DNA of 26,342 nucleotides from a virus (Duplodnaviria; Heunggongvirae; Uroviricota; Caudoviricetes): IMG/VR virus record IMGVR_UViG_2850796239_000005, positions 1 to 26,342 of that record; one strand, 5' to 3'. Shown piece by piece: positions 10,717 to 18,566 of this stretch (position 1 is its first letter; each line of letters starts with the position of its first letter). The notes under the pieces were generated by a model. It saw only the letters and a program-made list of their open reading frames with translations, ran no database searches and was not told where the DNA came from. The position numbers and the translations under genes were made by a program.

Positions 10717-10971
10717 TTACGCATAAAAAAACCGCTTCAGCGCGGTTATGCGCTCGAGTAACTTTCGGGGTGCTAATCCCGGCACCCGTTTTATGAGGTG
10801 TTCGCCAAATATAGCCCCGACATCACACGCAGTCAATATCGTCCTTTCTCGGAAATGCTTTGGCGGTGCCGCCTGCACCCCAAAACATTCCCTGTATTGG
10901 TCAGCGCCAACTTCCTGCCAGTGTTGCCCGTTCTCACGCCGTTCTCGCTCTCGCGCGGGGATACTCTCTCA
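10717..10971 (-). pseudogene. Candidate N-like antiterminator remnant (arginine-rich motif), frameshifted as sequenced
   Basis: Minus-strand ATG at 10971-10969 gives MREYPRARARTA-stop. The adjacent frame continues ...AREREREENGQHWQEVGADQY... for about 80 codons to a stop at 10717. RERR...Q.W resembles the lambda N ARM (RRRERRAEKQAQW, recalled). One fewer C in the CCCC run (plus-strand GGGG 10956-10959) would fuse them. Confidence 0.3.
10725..10747 (-). terminator. Candidate intrinsic terminator on the minus strand (tL1-like position)
   Basis: Minus strand reads AACCGC-GCTGAA-GCGGTT followed by a T-run (plus-strand A-run 10725-10731). 6-bp stem, 6-nt loop. Confidence 0.4.
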
Positions 10972-11050
10972 TCGACCGGATCGCACCCGATGATACAGCA
11001 CGTTTACGTGTAGGGGTCTAAACAGGTCATTGACGCTGTAAAGCTCCAGA

Positions 11051-11063
11051 TTGTTAAAGAGCA
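11051..11063 (-). promoter_or_regulatory. boxA-like element (TGCTCTTTAACAA) on the minus strand, candidate nutL
   Basis: Minus-strand 13-mer equals the rrn/phage boxA consensus as recalled. It lies about 80 nt upstream of the N-like start. No convincing boxB hairpin found. Confidence 0.35.
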
Positions 11064-11401
11064 TTTTGCGGCGGGTTAAGTCGCGCCGTACGACTGATTT
11101 ATGTAGCCCTGTGTCAGGGCGCGATGTTTCTGGCTTGGGTAAAATATAATAAGCGCAACTGATCGCAGTTAATAGTAAGACTGATAATTTAATTTTAATC
11201 TATGTGATTGATTTTTAGATTAATTTATTTATGTAAAAAATATAAGCGAGGATAATGCAGGTGGTGAGTTATGGAGGATGCGCAAAGAAAAACCGGCGCT
11301 GAGGCCGGTTACTCTGTGTTAGATTTGGTGTGAGGGAACCCCCTGATAACACTAAGAAAAGCAGTGAACAGTCAAAGAGAACCCAGCGGGCTTGGTGGCT
11401 T

Positions 11402-11430
11402 TTGACAAAAACATCGCCTGTAACTATAAT
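11402..11430 (+). promoter_or_regulatory. Sigma70 promoter for hicAB with consensus -35 and -10
   Basis: TTGACA (11402-11407), 17-nt spacer, TATAAT (11425-11430), about 30 nt upstream of hicA. Imperfect palindrome AACTATAATTAGTT (11422-11435) overlaps the -10 and could be an antitoxin operator. Confidence 0.55.
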
Positions 11431-11465
11431 TAGTTGCAATGTAGCGAAGATGAGATTATGTGGGT

Positions 11466-11714
11466 ATGGGGAAAGCAGATAAGCTACTGGAAAAGTTTTT
11501 AAACAGTAAAAAAACGTTTGAATGGGATGAGTTGGTCGTTTTGTTTTCCTCTCTGGGATATGTCAAAAAGGAAATGCAGGGCTCAAGAGTGCGGTTTTTC
11601 AATGCTGAAATCAACCACACCATATTAATGCATCGCCCACATCCAGAAAGTTATATTAAAGGTGGAACGCTGAAAGCGATTAAACAGAATCTGAAAGAGG
11701 CTGGGGTATTATGA
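11466..11714 (+). CDS. hicA: HicA-family mRNA interferase toxin
   Basis: ...GYVKKEMQGSRVRFFNAEINHTILMHRPHPESYIKGGTLKAIKQNLKEAGVL fits the HicA pattern. Start is ATG 11466 or GTG 11460. Stop overlaps the hicB ATG (ATGA). Confidence 0.75.
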   Translation: MGKADKLLEKFLNSKKTFEWDELVVLFSSLGYVKKEMQGSRVRFFNAEINHTILMHRPHPESYIKGGTLKAIKQNLKEAGVL

Positions 11715-12055
11715 ATCATCTAAAATATAAAGGATATTTAGGTACAGTAGAACCAGATTTTGAAAATAATATCCTGTACGGAAAACTGGCGTTTATTCGA
11801 GACCTGGTAACTTATGAGGCTTCTACATTAGCTGAACTGGAACAGGAGTTTAAGACATCGGTTGAGCTGTATTTACAGTCTTGTGTGGAGGATGGAAAGG
11901 AGCCTGATACCCCGTTTAAAGGTGTGTTTAACGTCAGACTTGATCCAGAACTGCATCGTCGGGTCGCTGAAATGGCGATGGAAGAAGATTTATCACTGAA
12001 CGCCTTTGTTAATAAGGCGCTGGAAAAAGAAGTCAACCATCACACAGGGGCTTAA
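11711..12055 (+). CDS. hicB: HicB-family antitoxin with C-terminal ribbon-helix-helix DNA-binding region
   Basis: MNHLKYKGYLGTVEPDFENNILYGKLAFIRDLVTYEASTLAELEQEFKTSVELYLQSCVEDGKEP... plus C-terminal LHRRVAEMAMEEDLSLNAFVNKALEKEV. Toxin-first order typical of hicAB. Confidence 0.75.
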   Translation: MNHLKYKGYLGTVEPDFENNILYGKLAFIRDLVTYEASTLAELEQEFKTSVELYLQSCVEDGKEPDTPFKGVFNVRLDPELHRRVAEMAMEEDLSLNAFVNKALEKEVNHHTGA

Positions 12056-12146
12056 TGTTCCCTTCGTCTTTGACATCCTCACCGCCGAAGAATGGGGAAT
12101 TTACGGCGCACTGGTAAATGGTGGGGTGAGCAGGAGGCAAACAAAA

Positions 12147-12170
12147 CCGGCACCAAGGCCGGGTTTTGTT
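12147..12170. terminator. Candidate bidirectional intrinsic terminator between hicB and cI
   Basis: CCGGC-ACCAAG-GCCGG stem-loop with a plus-strand TTTTGTT tail and an upstream A-run (T-run on the minus strand). Confidence 0.45.
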
Positions 12171-12459
12171 ATTGGTGCATTTGGCAGGTTGTAATATCTG
12201 GTCCATAAGCCAAAGTAAAAACAGGCTTGTTGATCAAGCCCATGTTCTTTAATGATTGAATCATTTTTCCTTGCTCGCTAACTTTTTGCTTGCTAAGTAT
12301 TTCTTCCACTTGTTGTGTCAAGGATTTGTCTTTGTTCATTTATGGCTCACTTGATTGCGACTGCTCCCGCCCGCATTGGGCGAGGGTTCTCGGAGATTTT
12401 TCGCTGAAAAAGGAAATAAAATAGCCTCCCTGCAAGGTTATTGATATCATCCTGTGAGT

Positions 12460-13178
12460 TCAATCAAAAGTCTCATCATTCCACTGCGACTTTATGACCT
12501 TTCCGACAAACTGGCAGTTTTCGTTACACTCAATCATGTCGAATCGTGGGTTGAGTGGCTCCAGGTACGCTTTACCGCTCTCACGAATGAATCGTTTGAA
12601 GGTGAATTCATCGCCATTCATTCGGGCCACGCAAAAATCGCCATCCTCAATCTCCCGCTCAGGGTCAACGAGTATCAGCATCCCTTCGGGGAAACTGGGT
12701 TTACCACCCTGCGGCGCGGTCATTGAATGCCCCTTGACCTCCAGCCAGAACGACCTGTCACTGGCTTTTGTGGTGGTGGAGATCCACTTAATCGCATCCT
12801 TTGCGGTGTACGAAAAATCATCCATTGAGAAAGCTCCAGCCTGTACGCAGGAGAGTAACGGATATTCGTAATATTTCTCGAACAGGTTACGCCTGTTTCC
12901 CGGTGTGTGGGTACGAATACTGCGTAACAAATCACTCAGATCTGGATTAATTTCTTCCGCAGGAACCTGTAATAAAGCCGCAAACTTAAGGGTATTTTCA
13001 GTATTTAACGCAATTTTTGCGTTCAATAACTGACTAACAGCCCCTGCGTTTTGAAGCCGAGGATATCTGCGGCTTTTTCCTGGCTTAGGGATAGCTGTTT
13101 CCGTTTTTCATCCCAGATTTTGCGCAGTCGTTCAGCGTTCTGGATGTCTTTGTCAGTAATTGTAATTTTCTTCGTCAT
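12460..13178 (-). pseudogene. cI: Lambda-CI-like repressor (HTH plus S24 LexA-type peptidase domain), frameshifted in the interdomain linker as sequenced
   Basis: HTH part: ATG 13178 (GGAGG 5 nt upstream), [45 protein letters not shown], ends at stop 13023. S24 part in the next frame: ...[32 protein letters not shown]...[27 protein letters not shown]... to 12460. Both align with lambda cI as recalled. Junction at plus-strand CCCC 13041-13044; one extra G on the coding strand would restore a ~235-aa repressor. Confidence 0.8.
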
Positions 13179-13229
13179 AGTGCCTCCAATTTTATTAGCA
13201 ACACAAATATTTATCAAATAGCTAGCCTA

Positions 13230-13257
13230 TTGACATTTAAATCAGGTAAGCTAATAT
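13230..13257 (+). promoter_or_regulatory. PR-like rightward promoter in the cI-cro operator region
   Basis: TTGACA (13230-13235), 16-nt spacer, TAATAT (13252-13257), about 27 nt upstream of the cro ATG. Short inverted repeats in 13190-13260 (TATTAGC/GCTAATA, ATAGCTAGCCTAT) may be operators; not resolved. Confidence 0.5.
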
Positions 13258-13283
13258 CGGAAAATTGAAATGGGAGGATCTCT

Positions 13284-13523
13284 ATGACTCTTGACGAGTA
13301 CTTGAGACAAAGCTCTATCAGACAAGCCGATTTTGCGGCGATTGTTGGAGTTTCTCAGGGATTTGTCAGTGGGGTTATTACAGGGAGATACATGCCTCAG
13401 GGGCGGAAAGCCATTGAATGGGCAAAAGCTACAGACTGGAATGTAACTCCCCATGAACTAAACCCGCATGACTACCTAAACATGGAAGATGGTATTCCGC
13501 TTCATGTAAGGCAAACAGCCTGA
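13284..13523 (+). CDS. cro: Cro-like HTH repressor (79 aa)
   Basis: ATG 13284 with GGGAGGA 6 nt upstream, divergent from cI. HTH-like ...QADFAAIVGVSQGFVSGVITG.... Confidence 0.7.
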   Translation: MTLDEYLRQSSIRQADFAAIVGVSQGFVSGVITGRYMPQGRKAIEWAKATDWNVTPHELNPHDYLNMEDGIPLHVRQTA

Positions 13524-13545
13524 TAACCCTCCATCGGAGGTGTGA

Positions 13546-13827
13546 GTGAACAGGCAAATCAAAACGGTTATGCCCGATCAGTACTGTGATGCTGATCGGG
13601 ACTGGATACAGGAGCAATTGTTACAGCTAGACCCGACCACCAGGGTAAAAATTGCAGCAGAGTACGCGAGAGTGTACCAGGAAGAGTGGGACAAGGAGCC
13701 TGTATCGTTCAGGAAGGGCAACAGGGCAAGACGGAGTGCCAACACCCGGTTACGGGTGTATGTCCAGAAGTACGCGAGAGCCAGCCGTGGCTGGATGCTT
13801 TCGCCAGTAGCGATACGGAAGGAATAG
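13546..13827 (+). CDS. Hypothetical early protein in the cII position (93 aa)
   Basis: GTG start at 13546 with GGAGG 5 nt upstream. Basic C-terminus. Function unknown. Confidence 0.45.
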   Translation: MNRQIKTVMPDQYCDADRDWIQEQLLQLDPTTRVKIAAEYARVYQEEWDKEPVSFRKGNRARRSANTRLRVYVQKYARASRGWMLSPVAIRKE

Positions 13828-14049
13828 ATCTCATCAAGGTGATTATTTTTTTGTGAAATGATTTCTCATGAAATCATTGCGCTTGAAATTTTACTAAGAA
13901 GGGGGTAAGGGGGCAGATCTGTAACATCCGTGCCTGTAAGGGCACTACCAGAGGAAGGCAGCTCCATAGGTTAGGTAGATCACTGTATAGGGTGAGATGG
14001 TTTCTGGCGAAATTATTATTATGCTAACTATTGCGGTGGAAATAGTACC

Positions 14050-14577
14050 ATGTTCATCAAACATGTGGTTATCAGCCTGCTCGGAAACAAATTCTACACC
14101 GGAAAAGACAAGGTCACGTTTGATTATGTGCTGGCTGCCAAATTGCGTGATGCCGGACTGGCGATCGAACGTAATTATCTGGTTGATATGGGCAACGGTA
14201 AGCGCGGATTCGTCGATATCATGGTCGTTGCCCCATCTGGTGAACGGTGCGCGATCGAGGTGGACAGAGCGTCACCACGGGCACGTTCAATACTGAAACT
14301 GCGCAGACTCAAGCTATACGGCATTCCTGGTATCGTGCTTCTGCGCTGTTCACGTAATCCGGATCAATACGTTAGCGATGAGATCGACGTGATCCCGGCA
14401 ACGGGTAAATCACGTAGCAAGGGGCGTCATGCTGAAAATAATCCCAAACTTTGCTCAGGAGCGCGGTTTAAACCAGCTGCGGCACCAGTGGAAACAGCAT
14501 CGCACGTACCTGATGTATGCACCCACTGGCTCTGGCAAAACTGGTCTTGCAGCATTCGTCACCGCCGGAATGGTTGA
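14050..14577 (+). CDS. DUF559/Vsr-like endonuclease-domain protein (3' extent uncertain)
   Basis: GFVDIMVVAPSGERCAIEVD...ILKLRRLKLYGIPGIVLLR resembles the DUF559 PD-(D/E)xK signature (from memory). The ORF overlaps the helicase start by 149 nt and its tail looks non-coding. One extra G in GGGG 14421-14424 would place a stop at about 14435. Confidence 0.45.
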   Translation: MFIKHVVISLLGNKFYTGKDKVTFDYVLAAKLRDAGLAIERNYLVDMGNGKRGFVDIMVVAPSGERCAIEVDRASPRARSILKLRRLKLYGIPGIVLLRCSRNPDQYVSDEIDVIPATGKSRSKGRHAENNPKLCSGARFKPAAAPVETASHVPDVCTHWLWQNWSCSIRHRRNG

Positions 14578-15949
14578 ACGTGGTATGCGAGTGATGTTTG
14601 TCTGTCCGTACACCATCCTGCTGAACCAGACAGCGGAACGTTTCACCGAATACGGTTTGCCGTGGGAAGAAATCAGTTTTGTATGGCGTGATCACCCTAA
14701 CTATGACCCGTCACGACTGATTCAGATTGCCAGTGCCGACACGCTGATCCGTCGTGAGTTTCCTGACAACATCGATCTGCTGATCATCGATGAAGCACAC
14801 ATGAAGCGTCGTGCGTTACTTGAGGTTATCCGGGACAGAGACATCAGGGTTCTTGGACTTTCCGGTACCCCGTTCGCAGCCTGGATGGGGAAGTACTACG
14901 AATGCCTGATCAAGCCTACAACGATTCGTGAACTTATTCAGCGTGGTGATCTGAGCGATTATGAGTTTTTTGCCCCCTCAATGCCTGATCTGGCTGGCGT
15001 AAAAACCAGTAACACCGTATTTGGACGGGATTACAACGAGGAGCAGCTCGCATCCATCATGGGGAGTTCGGATCTGGTTGGCGATATCGTTCGCAACTGG
15101 CTTGAGAATGGTGAGGATTTGCCGACGATCTGCTTCTGTGTGAATGTTGCGCATGCGAATTTTGTTACCCGTGAGTTTTTACAGGCCGGTATTGGCGCAG
15201 AGGTGATGATGGCAGATACCCTCCATGATGAACGACAGGACATCATTCGCCGTTTTGAAGAGGGCGTGACCAAAATAATTGTCAACGTCGGCGTACTGGT
15301 TGCGGGATTTGACAGCGATGTTCGCTGCCTGATCTATGCCCGTCCGACAAAATCAGAAATCCGTTGGTTGCAGTGCATAGGTAGAGCGTTACGTACAGCC
15401 CCAGGTAAACAACGTGCGTTGATTTTCGACCATTCTGGCACGGTTCATCGGCTGGGTTTCCCCGAGGATATCGAGTATGACGAACTGCCGGGCAAAAATG
15501 ACGGAATGAAAGCGTCTGCTGGCGGTGGCGAGGTTAAAGCTGAAAAACTTCCCAGAGAATGCCCCAAATGCCACTTCATGAAGCCTGCTGGTGTACACAT
15601 GTGTCCCAAATGTGGGTTTCGTCCTCTTGGTGGCGATGATGTGGCAACAGACCGCGATCGAAAACTCTCTCGCGTAAACAAAGGGAAACGCGAATACAGC
15701 CGCGAGGAAAAACAGCGGTGGTGGAGTGAGATCAAGGGCTATCAGAATTACCGCAACGCGACAGGTAAGCCACTGAGTGACGGATGGTGCGCTCATACCT
15801 ACAAAGAGAAGTTCGGGGTGTGGCCTAAAGGCTTCAGTAACGCGCCGCTGCAAACCTCGGTTGAAGTGCACAATTTCATCAAGTCAAAGATCATTGCCTA
15901 TGCCAAAGGGCGCAAGAAAGCCATGACCGGAGGCCAGCATGCAAACTAA
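14429..15949 (+). CDS. Superfamily-2 DEAD/DEAH-box helicase with C-terminal zinc ribbon (phage replication)
   Basis: Walker A APTGSGKT at residues 31-38, DEAH box (LLIIDEAHM), motif SGTPF, C-terminal CPKCHF...CPKCGF. ATG 14429 with AAGGGG upstream. Confidence 0.85.
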   Translation: MLKIIPNFAQERGLNQLRHQWKQHRTYLMYAPTGSGKTGLAAFVTAGMVERGMRVMFVCPYTILLNQTAERFTEYGLPWEEISFVWRDHPNYDPSRLIQIASADTLIRREFPDNIDLLIIDEAHMKRRALLEVIRDRDIRVLGLSGTPFAAWMGKYYECLIKPTTIRELIQRGDLSDYEFFAPSMPDLAGVKTSNTVFGRDYNEEQLASIMGSSDLVGDIVRNWLENGEDLPTICFCVNVAHANFVTREFLQAGIGAEVMMADTLHDERQDIIRRFEEGVTKIIVNVGVLVAGFDSDVRCLIYARPTKSEIRWLQCIGRALRTAPGKQRALIFDHSGTVHRLGFPEDIEYDELPGKNDGMKASAGGGEVKAEKLPRECPKCHFMKPAGVHMCPKCGFRPLGGDDVATDRDRKLSRVNKGKREYSREEKQRWWSEIKGYQNYRNATGKPLSDGWCAHTYKEKFGVWPKGFSNAPLQTSVEVHNFIKSKIIAYAKGRKKAMTGGQHAN

Positions 15950-16898
15950 GGAGGCAGCAAAGGGGCACTGGGAGCGGATTTTTGAATACTACGGTATGCC
16001 TCCTGTCACTGGCGGTAAACATTACAAGGGCACCTGCCCCATTTGCGGCGCTAAAGGTAAATTCCGTTGCGGAACAGGATCGTGGATATGTGTCTGTGGT
16101 CATGGCGATGGGATGCAGTTGTTGCAACTGGCAACGGGTAAGCCTTGGGTGACTCTGTGCGATGAAATCGATCGACTGATTGGTAATACTTGGAAAAAAG
16201 AGCACGCAAGACCTGTTGTGACTGACACAACCAGAAACCGGGAGAGGGTTACAGCTAAATTTGCCAGATTGCCATGTTTGCGCGGAACTTCAGGAGAGGC
16301 ATATCTGAAAAACAGGGGGATCCTCCAGTTACCGGCAGAATCCGTTCGTTTTTGTAATCGGCAGATTGCTAATGGACGGGAGTACCAGGCGATTTATTCA
16401 ATCGTAACAGATGATAAAGGCATGCTGTGTTACCTGCACCGTACCTTGCTGGATGGCGATCGCAAAGCGGGTGTGGAGGCTGCCAAAAAAGCGCTGGCAT
16501 TACAGGAGCAATCTTATCTGGAATATGCCAAATCTGTAGCGATACGCCTGTATCCGGTGTCATCAACTCTGGGAATTGCAGAGGGGATTGAGACGGCGCT
16601 GTCATGTCGCCAGATATTTCGCTGCAACGTATGGTCAACAATGAATTCTGGCTTTATGGAGAAGTTTATTGCTCCACCTGGCGTTAATCACCTGATTATC
16701 TTTGCTGACAATGACGAGCATGGTGCAGGTCTGGCGGCTGCCTTTAAATGTGGGCATAAGAATCTCATGAGTCGTAATGACGTGGAGAAGGTCAGTATTC
16801 GCTGGCCTGACTTGCCGGATTTTAACGACATGCTCATTCAGGGGTGTGAGGCCCGTGAACATGTGTTGACGCGCAAATTCAAAGCGGAGGCTGCCTGA
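15939..16898 (+). CDS. Phage DNA primase (zinc-binding N-terminus plus TOPRIM-like domain)
   Basis: CPICGAKGKFRC...WICVCGHGDG zinc motif and acidic IIFADNDEHGAG cluster. Overlaps the helicase stop by 11 nt. Confidence 0.75.
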   Translation: MQTKEAAKGHWERIFEYYGMPPVTGGKHYKGTCPICGAKGKFRCGTGSWICVCGHGDGMQLLQLATGKPWVTLCDEIDRLIGNTWKKEHARPVVTDTTRNRERVTAKFARLPCLRGTSGEAYLKNRGILQLPAESVRFCNRQIANGREYQAIYSIVTDDKGMLCYLHRTLLDGDRKAGVEAAKKALALQEQSYLEYAKSVAIRLYPVSSTLGIAEGIETALSCRQIFRCNVWSTMNSGFMEKFIAPPGVNHLIIFADNDEHGAGLAAAFKCGHKNLMSRNDVEKVSIRWPDLPDFNDMLIQGCEAREHVLTRKFKAEAA

Positions 16899-17347
16899 TG
16901 GAGCTGGAGATGATCAAGGCTGCTAATGGCGTATTTATACCGGCGTATGAACGCGATTTACCCCGACTGGCAAAATTTAAAAACGGTGAGCTGTACACGC
17001 TGGAAGCAAATCTTACCCGTAATCCATCTTTTCACCGGAAGATGTTCGCTTTTCTTAATTTTTGCTTTCAGTACTGGTGTGCTGAACACGCCGGATACGA
17101 ATTCTCTGATGAAGCGACGCAGTTTGATGAGTTTCGTAAAAATCTGACAATTCTTGCCGGGTTCTATGATGTGGTCACAACCATAAGAGGTGAGGTGAGA
17201 TATCGGGCAAAAAGCCTGAGTTACGCGAATATGGATCAGGATGAGTTTGAACGTTGCTACAACGCAATGATTAATGCCGCGCTGAAACACGTGTTTGGGC
17301 GTACAAACAATCCTGAACTGAATAACCGCCTGCTGTCGTTTTTCTGA
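16898..17347 (+). CDS. Hypothetical nin-region phage protein (149 aa)
   Basis: ATG 16898 overlapping the primase stop (TGATG). No confident family. Confidence 0.45.
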   Translation: MELEMIKAANGVFIPAYERDLPRLAKFKNGELYTLEANLTRNPSFHRKMFAFLNFCFQYWCAEHAGYEFSDEATQFDEFRKNLTILAGFYDVVTTIRGEVRYRAKSLSYANMDQDEFERCYNAMINAALKHVFGRTNNPELNNRLLSFF

Positions 17348-17348
17348 G

Positions 17349-17799
17349 GTGATAATGAAACAGCGTAAACCCAAAAACTGCAAAGTGTGTGGCAATCAGT
17401 TTGTGCCGTTCCGCTCATATCAGAAAGTTTGTTGTGGTCAGTGTGCACTGGAACTGGTCAGAAAAGAAAAGGCTATAGCCTCAGCAAAAGAACAGGCAGA
17501 CAAGCTGAAAGCAAGACGCCGCGATTTAAAACCCCGCAGTTACTGGCTGAAGCAGGCACAGCAGGCAGTAAATGCTTATATCAGGGAGCGTGATCGCTAT
17601 TTACCATGTATCTCGTGCGGAACGCTCACGTCTGCTCAGTGGGATGCCGGACATGGTTAAGACGTTTCACCGTGAAAGCCCTGTCCGCGATGTAGCTATT
17701 AAGCGATATTGCAATCGCAATTGCACGCAAGATATAGCCAGGATTATTTCTTATATAACAGGTGCTGATATTCAGTATTGTCGTAAGCGAGTGGTGTGA
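17349..17799 (+). pseudogene. ninG: NinG (Rap)-like protein, disrupted after about 103 codons
   Basis: [18 protein letters not shown]...[43 protein letters not shown] matches lambda NinG as recalled, then stops at 17660. Weaker NinG-like sequence continues in the +1 frame to 17799 (...YCNRNC...IISYITG...). Confidence 0.65.
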
Positions 17800-18033
17800 G
17801 AAAGTGCTGGAGTCAGAAATGTTTTATGCAATGAAACGAGAATTGGATAAAGAATTTCCATTAATAGCGGCCTGAACTGAAATAATTTTGTAAATGCGTT
17901 GCTTCCGAGAAATGAAAGTGGTATTTTTTGCATATGCTCGGAGCAAAAGCGAACTGAGCAGTGAAATTGAAATCCTGATTTCCCCGGTCGTCGATAATAT
18001 TTAGGGTCGACATACTGGCTAGATTAGGTAAGA

Positions 18034-18061
18034 GCCTCGGCAGAAACGTCGGGGCTTTTTT
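18034..18061 (+). terminator. Candidate intrinsic terminator upstream of the lysis cassette (possible tR'-like)
   Basis: GCCTCGGC-AGAAAC-GTCGGGGC stem (two G-T wobbles) followed by TTTTTTGTTTT, about 290 bp upstream of the holin start. Confidence 0.4.
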
Positions 18062-18350
18062 GTTTTCACAACAGGTAAGAGCATTTGTAGAGTTCGACTC
18101 TCTACCGTGGGCTTTTTCCCGCGATGCGAGTCATAAATGCTCTTTCCGTTGTGCTGAATTAAGCGAATGCCGGAAGCAGAACCGGATCACCAAATGCGTA
18201 CAGGCGTCATCGCCGCCCAGCAACAGCACAACCAAAACTGAGCCGTAGCCACTGGCTATCCTGAATTCATCAGTGACAGTTACGCTGCGGCCTTCTTTTT
18301 CCCTTCCCAATATAAGAACTACGCCATCCGTTATTTGCGGAGGTGAGGCT

Positions 18351-18566
18351 ATGAAATCCATGGATAAAATTTCAACGGGCATTGCCTACGGCACCTCCGC
18401 CGGCAGTGCCGGCTACTGGTTTTTGCAGTGGTTGGATCAGGTCAGTCCATCACAGTGGGCTGCGATTGGTGTGCTGGGAAGTCTGCTTCTGGGGCTTCTG
18501 ACTTATCTGACGAATCTGTATTTCAAAATAAGAGAAGATAAGCGTAAGGCTGCGAGAGGTGAATAA
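18351..18566 (+). CDS. S: Class II pinholin, phage-21 S21 type (71 aa, dual-start MKSM)
   Basis: [45 protein letters not shown]... matches S21 as recalled. GGAGGTGAGG upstream. Confidence 0.85.
   Translation: MKSMDKISTGIAYGTSAGSAGYWFLQWLDQVSPSQWAAIGVLGSLLLGLLTYLTNLYFKIREDKRKAARGE

Noticed and set aside
10559-10717. N-terminal extension of the Rha ORF given by the track (MHSHIQIMVRRAGQ...)
   Set aside because: The Rha signature begins at the internal ATG (10558), which has a strong Shine-Dalgarno. The extension has no family resemblance.
10748-11013. Two overlapping plus-strand ORFs (81 and 71 aa) in the Rha-hicA gap
   Set aside because: R/S/C-rich junk-like translations. The minus strand here carries the boxA and the N-like frames, so these are probably antisense shadows.
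11130-11260. AT-rich tract with a 20-codon mini-ORF (ATG at 11271, MEDAQRKTGAEAGYSVLDLV), considered as a small regulatory gene
   Set aside because: Too short and unsupported. More likely promoter/operator DNA for pL or hicAB.
15389-15871. Long antisense ORFs inside the helicase, TerL, int and IS genes (e.g. 15389-15871, 4292-4723, 23039-23311, 1054-1440)
   Set aside because: They overlap well-supported genes on the opposite strand, have skewed compositions and lack ribosome-binding sites.
18079-18110. tRNA-like T-arm (GTAGAG-TTCGACT-CTCTAC) upstream of the holin, considered as a tRNA gene or tRNA fragment
   Set aside because: No matching acceptor stem, D-arm or anticodon arm in the preceding 70 nt (that space holds the terminator hairpin). 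At most a remnant or chance hairpin.
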